This document shows positions 59,826-64,000 of a DNA stretch of 64,000 nt, piece by piece. This DNA comes from an uncultured Candidatus Entotheonella sp. (GTDB taxonomy: Bacteria > Tectomicrobia > Entotheonellia > Entotheonellales > Entotheonellaceae). Location of the stretch: assembly GCA_965217185.1 (NCBI GenBank), contig OZ244252.1, positions 896,001 through 960,000 of the forward strand, read 5' to 3'. The translations under genes and the position numbers were made by a program. How positions within the stretch are numbered: position 1 is the stretch's first letter; every line of letters starts with the position of its first letter. The notes beneath the pieces were generated by a model that saw only the letters and a list, made by a program, of their open reading frames with translations, did not search any database and was not told the origin of the DNA.

Positions 59826-60701
59826 GTAGAGTCGGCAACTGGCGCGGTAACGGTAGGCCGATGGGGTAGCTGTTGCCGGCGGCTTTCGCAATGCCGGTGC
59901 CTCACTCCTCGCCGTGGCTCCGTTTCCAGTCGCCGCTCTCCGAACCGAGCAGGCGGATTTACCGCACTCGGCTCTCCAGTGGGATCATGCGTCTCGCACA
60001 CGGAACACCCTGGCAACCGCGCACAGCAGGTGATCTTGCGAAAGCGGCACGACTTCCGCCCTGCGGCGCGCGGCGCTTTCAGTGGACCGCCGAGCCTGTT
60101 GACGCCTCGACGACCCCGCGTCTTGGGGGCACGGCTCCTTCACTTGGGCATGTGATGCTGCCGGGTTTTCCGGTCATTGTTCGGGGTAATAGGCATGGCC
60201 ACTCCCGAGACCCTTCTCCCTTTGGACATCGCTCCTCACCTGAGGCCCCTTCCCTCCACCGGTATTACCCGGTTTCCCCGGTACTGCGGGCCTCTCCGCC
60301 ACCCTCACCGGCCTGACCTGACCCTCGCGGGCTGTCAGTTGGCGCGTGCCACGCCACCGGCCAGGGCTTCCCGTGTTGCGTCCATTCCCCTCTTCCATGC
60401 GTGCTGCCGCCAATACCCCGGCGGAACCCGTCGGTGCGTGTGTCGCTCACTTCCCGACCGGTGTCAGCCTTCCCTGTTATCAGGGCGGGTCGGCTTCCGC
60501 GTCATACCCTTTCGAGGCCTGCTCGGCGTTTACTCGCGTTGCGGCCCGCATGGTCGCTAAGCCGCCCTTGGCGGCCCGTTACATCGGAGTGCTTCAGACG
60601 ATGTCGTTACCTCCATCATCCGCTCCGACTGCTACCGGCTGGAACGACAGTTGCCGGGCGGGATTCGCACCCGCTGAAGAATGGCGCCTTCCACGGCGCA
60701 C
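59826..60701 (-). mobile_element. ORF-less group II intron (IIB-like)
   Basis: 5' GTGCG at 60701; domain V GAGCCGAGTGCGGTAAATCCGCCTGCTCGGTTC at 59974-59942; domain VI ending GCCGACTCTAC at 59826; EBS1 CTGATAA pairs with exon TTATCAG; no RT ORF. Confidence 0.88.
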
Positions 60702-60826
60702 CTGATAAGGGAGGTTATATCGCCTTCGGACGTCTCCCTCTAACTTGGCGGGAAGATACCGATAAATTGTGCTACACCAAGTCGGTATTTGGCATAAAAC
60801 TGCCTCTCTTTGAGATTCTGCCATTG

Positions 60827-62165
60827 CAATACATCGGACAGTTTTGACAAAGTAGCCGCACGAGCCCTCCAATTCTAGAGTTGTGTTAGCCAACGCAACC
60901 AAGAATGGAGGTGCTCCGTGCGACTGCTTCAGAGTGTACTTGCGACGTTACCCCAAACCAAGAAACCGCAACGAAAGTTCATTACCCATCTGCTGGGGCT
61001 TGTGCTGATGCTTCCCGGCCACGCCACGTTTCGTAATCTCAGCCGCTACAGTTCCTATCACGAACGTACGTTTGCGCGGTGGTATGGACGCCCGTTTGAC
61101 TTTGTCGCACTCAACAAAGCAGCGATTACCCAAGTGATTGCGCCCGACCATCAACAGGCCCTCGTTATCGACGCCAGCTTTATCCCCAAAAGTGGCACCC
61201 ACACCTATGGTCTTGAACGCTTCTGGAACAGCCGCCAGCGGCGCAGTGAAAAAGGGCTGGAAGTCTCCGCTGTAGCCTGGCTCGACATCACCGACAGATG
61301 CGCCTATGGCCTCAGTGTCGAGCAGACACCCCCAAGCGACAAGACCTCGGAGCCACAAGGCACACGCATCGATGCCTATCTGGAGCAATTGCAGCGTGTG
61401 GTCTGTGACCATCACCTGGGTCATCTACGCTACGTGATAGCGGATGGCTATTACAGCAAACGTAAATTCCTCGATGGGGTTCGCGCCTTGGGGCTTCACC
61501 AGATTGGCAAACTGCGCCGTGACGCCAATCTGCGCTATCTCTACCAAGGACCGGGGCGCTCAGGACCGGGGCGACCCAAGACCTATGACGGTAAGAGCCT
61601 GCCCTGAACTTGATTCAGGGTCCAGTGGGACGACCTGTCACGCTTTGAACGGGTACAGAGCGAAGACGACGACGTGGTGCTCTACCATCAAGTCCTCAAC
61701 CACGTCCATCTTCGGCGCAATCTGCGTGTGGTGCTCGTCGTCGATACCCATACCCAGCGTCGGGCGATCCTGTTCAGCAGCGATACCGACTTGGATGCGC
61801 AGACGCTTTATCGTGGATACAAAGCACGCTTCCAAATCGAGTTTCTCTTCAGGGACGCCAAGCAGTTTACGTCTCTGAGTGCCTGTCAAGCGCGCTCGCA
61901 GGCCAAGCTGCATTTTCATTTCAATGCCAGTATGAGTGCTCTGACCTTGGGCAAGCTGGAAGCACGACAGCAAGGCGGCGGTGCCCAGGCAGGGTTTTCC
62001 ATGGCGAGTCTCAAACGGCGCGCCTTCAACCAACATCTGCTGGAGCGAATTTCTCGGCATTTAGCCCACGGGCATAGCCTGGAAAAATCCAGCCCCGATT
62101 ACCAAGACCTTTGTAACTATGGCATCATCACTGACAGGGCGGCTTGAGGACTGTCCGAAGTATTG
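60827..62165 (+). mobile_element. IS4/IS701-like insertion sequence with 6-bp TSD
   Basis: IRs CAATACATCGGACAG and CTGTCCGAAGTATTG (14/15 match); CCATTG duplicated at 60821-60826 and 62166-62171. Confidence 0.92.
60918..62147 (+). pseudogene. DDE transposase interrupted by a 24-bp insertion
   Basis: VIDASFIPKSG, IADGYY, YKARFQIEFLFRDAKQ are all in one frame. In-frame TGA stops fall inside 61596-61619. Confidence 0.88.
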
Positions 62166-62607
62166 CCATTGAACAGTGGCATCAAAAGGTGGAAGCCTCG
62201 GCTTGCTCAGAAGGATAGGGCCGCTGCCGAAAAATACGCGCCATTTTTCATCTTCGAGAAGAAAGCCAATAGGCTTGCGATCAGGATTGTTGCCCAGAGC
62301 AGGAGCATTCCCAAGAAAATTCCCCTGCGGAACTCTATCGATCCCCTCGAGTTGAAATTCAATGTTCCGGGCAGGACCCCGTCCAACATTAGTCAACATG
62401 AAATTGATGTCATTCCACTCCTGTGTGCCATGAGTCAGGTACGCAATGATTTCCGGCTCCGCGCCCACTTTCCGCAGCAATTTGTTTTCTCTGATGAGGT
62501 TCCAAGTCAGACATGTCGTAACGATTGAAAAAACTGCGATAACGCATGTCGAGATAGTGGTCACTGATACCGTGTTGGCCACAAACCAGTCCAAAATCGT
62601 ATCCATG

Positions 62608-64000
62608 GAGCCTTTTGCAAAACTGTGGAGTCATGGGGAATTATTGAGGGTAATGGGTTGGCTTAACGGGACAGGCCGTCTCTACCCGATATCATGTGTT
62701 GTGTGCTGTGTGTAACCACCACATGAGGGAGAAAACGACCATGTCCCTGCGTACCATCCTATCGAATTATGGCTTCGCCTTTCAACGAGAGCTGTTCCCT
62801 GCACTCGAAGAAGAACTCGGCCCTTTGGGAGAGCGCTACGAGTTGTTCGTCACGGTGCTCGGCTTCGTGCAGGTGGAACAATTCCTGACGTGCTTGCGTG
62901 GCCTGCCGGGGCGCCCGCAGGAGGACCGTGCGGCGCTGGCACGCGCCTTCATCGCCAAGGCGGTGTTCGCCATCACGACCACCCGGGCGCTCGTTGAACG
63001 TCTGGCCATCGACTCCCCGCTGCGTCGCCTGTGTGGCTGGAGCCGGGCCGAGGAGGTCCCCAGCGAGGCGACGTTCTCGCGTGCCTTCACTGCCTTCGCT
63101 GACAGCGCCTTGCCGAGCCGCCTGCACGAGGCGCTGATCGACAAGACCCTGCGGGATCACTTGGTCGGTCACGTGTCGCGCGATTCGACGGCGATTGAAG
63201 GACGCGAGAAACCAACGCCGAAGCCATCGGCCACCCCGAAACGGCGGCGCGGTCGTCCGCGCAAGGGCGAGCAACGGCCCAAGGCGTCGCGCCGCCTGGA
63301 GCGCCAACTGCGGATGACCCTGCCGGAGATGCTCGACGATCTGCCACGCGCCCCTGATGTCGGCGTCAAGCGAGGCGCCAAGGGCTATCAGGCATCCTGG
63401 AGCGGCTACAAGTTGCATATCGACGCGGCCGATGGCGGCATTCCGCTCAGTTGCATCCTGACTTCGGCCTCGCTGCACGACAGCCAGGCAGCGATTCCCT
63501 TGGCGACGATGACGGTCGCCCGGGTCACCAACCTCTATGACTTGATGGACTCGGCCTATGATGCGCCCGAGATCAGAGCGCACAGCGCCTCAATGGGGCA
63601 TGTTGCGATCATCGACGTTAACCCCCGTAGTACTGCGCAAGCGGCAACTGACTGCGGAGGCAAAGGCCCAGCGCAGCCTTGGCCACGTCTCCTGCGAACG
63701 CTTACGCTACCGTGAGCGCTCAACCGTGGAGCGCGTCAATGGTCGTCTCAAGGACGACTTTGGTGGCCGTCAGGTACGTGTGCGTGGCCACGCCAAGGTT
63801 TTGTGCCACCTGATGTTCGGCATTCTTGCGCTGACGGTGGCGCAGTTGGTCCGGCTACTGGCCTGAAACCGACTTGGTTCCATCCATCTGTTACAGAGGC
63901 TACACGCTCCCGCCGGGGATGCAAGGCAGAGGTCTGGCCATTCACAGGCCAAGGGGCTTCATCGTCGCAGGATGGTCACCGAGGTGAAGCGCCACAGGCG
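62608..64000 (+). mobile_element. IS1182/IS5-like element (right end not seen in window)
   Basis: Putative left IR GAGCCTTTTGCAAAACT at 62608, followed by a transposase. Confidence 0.6.
62741..63866 (+). pseudogene. DDE transposase with a frameshift near 63630
   Basis: PSEATFSRAF, SRDSTAI, GYKLH, MDSAYD. The C-terminal RYRERSTVERVNGRLK is in another frame. Confidence 0.82.

Larger units (their letters stand above)
60740..62606 (-). pseudogene. Membrane-anchored hypothetical gene split by an IS
   Basis: MDTILDWF...PPFDATVQW stops at the IS and resumes after the TSD as QNLKERQFYAKYRLGVAQFIGIFPPS*. Confidence 0.75.

Noticed and set aside
60609..60614. GGAGGT as intron EBS2 pairing with exon ACCTCC
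   Set aside because: Complementary, but located in the domain Ic region rather than the usual EBS2 position, so possibly coincidental.
61605..61613. In-frame TGA codons as selenocysteine or readthrough
   Set aside because: They lie within an inserted palindrome, not at a conserved Cys position.

Overview
GC-rich bacterial chromosomal window. The gene content (LysW pathway, F420 biosynthesis, PQQ dehydrogenase, many LLM/SDR/CoA-transferase genes, dense TA modules) would fit a Ca. Tectomicrobia/Entotheonella-like organism, but that is inference only. Core genes: thrS (partial), pspA, an FAD/Fe-S oxidoreductase, lysW-lysX-lysY-[TA insert]-lysZ-lysJ-asnS, clpS-clpA, two double-domain CoA-transferases plus an enoyl-CoA hydratase, cofD-cofC-cofE-npdG, tRNA-Arg(TCT), a sigma54-type Hsp20 pair, a PQQ dehydrogenase with cytochrome c, and a siroheme sulfite/nitrite reductase. 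Accessory DNA falls in two main blocks. At about 25.5-35.2 kb are an orphan hsdR, IS481, decayed mqsRA, an ATPase + Toprim-like pair and a Schlafen/AlbA_2-TPR protein. At about 57.7-64 kb are a tandem duplication, an mrr pseudogene, an ORF-less group II intron and two damaged IS elements. The most notable signals not in the ORF track are: (1) a 38-aa Cys-rich leader peptide followed by an intrinsic terminator ahead of the sulfite reductase, a candidate cysteine-sensing attenuator; (2) an ORF-less group II intron with intact EBS1/IBS1 inserted into a palindrome; (3) a 24-bp mini-palindrome that inactivates a transposase in frame; (4) decayed integron-cassette-like debris inside the lysine operon. 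Family assignments come from motif recognition by eye, not from database searches.
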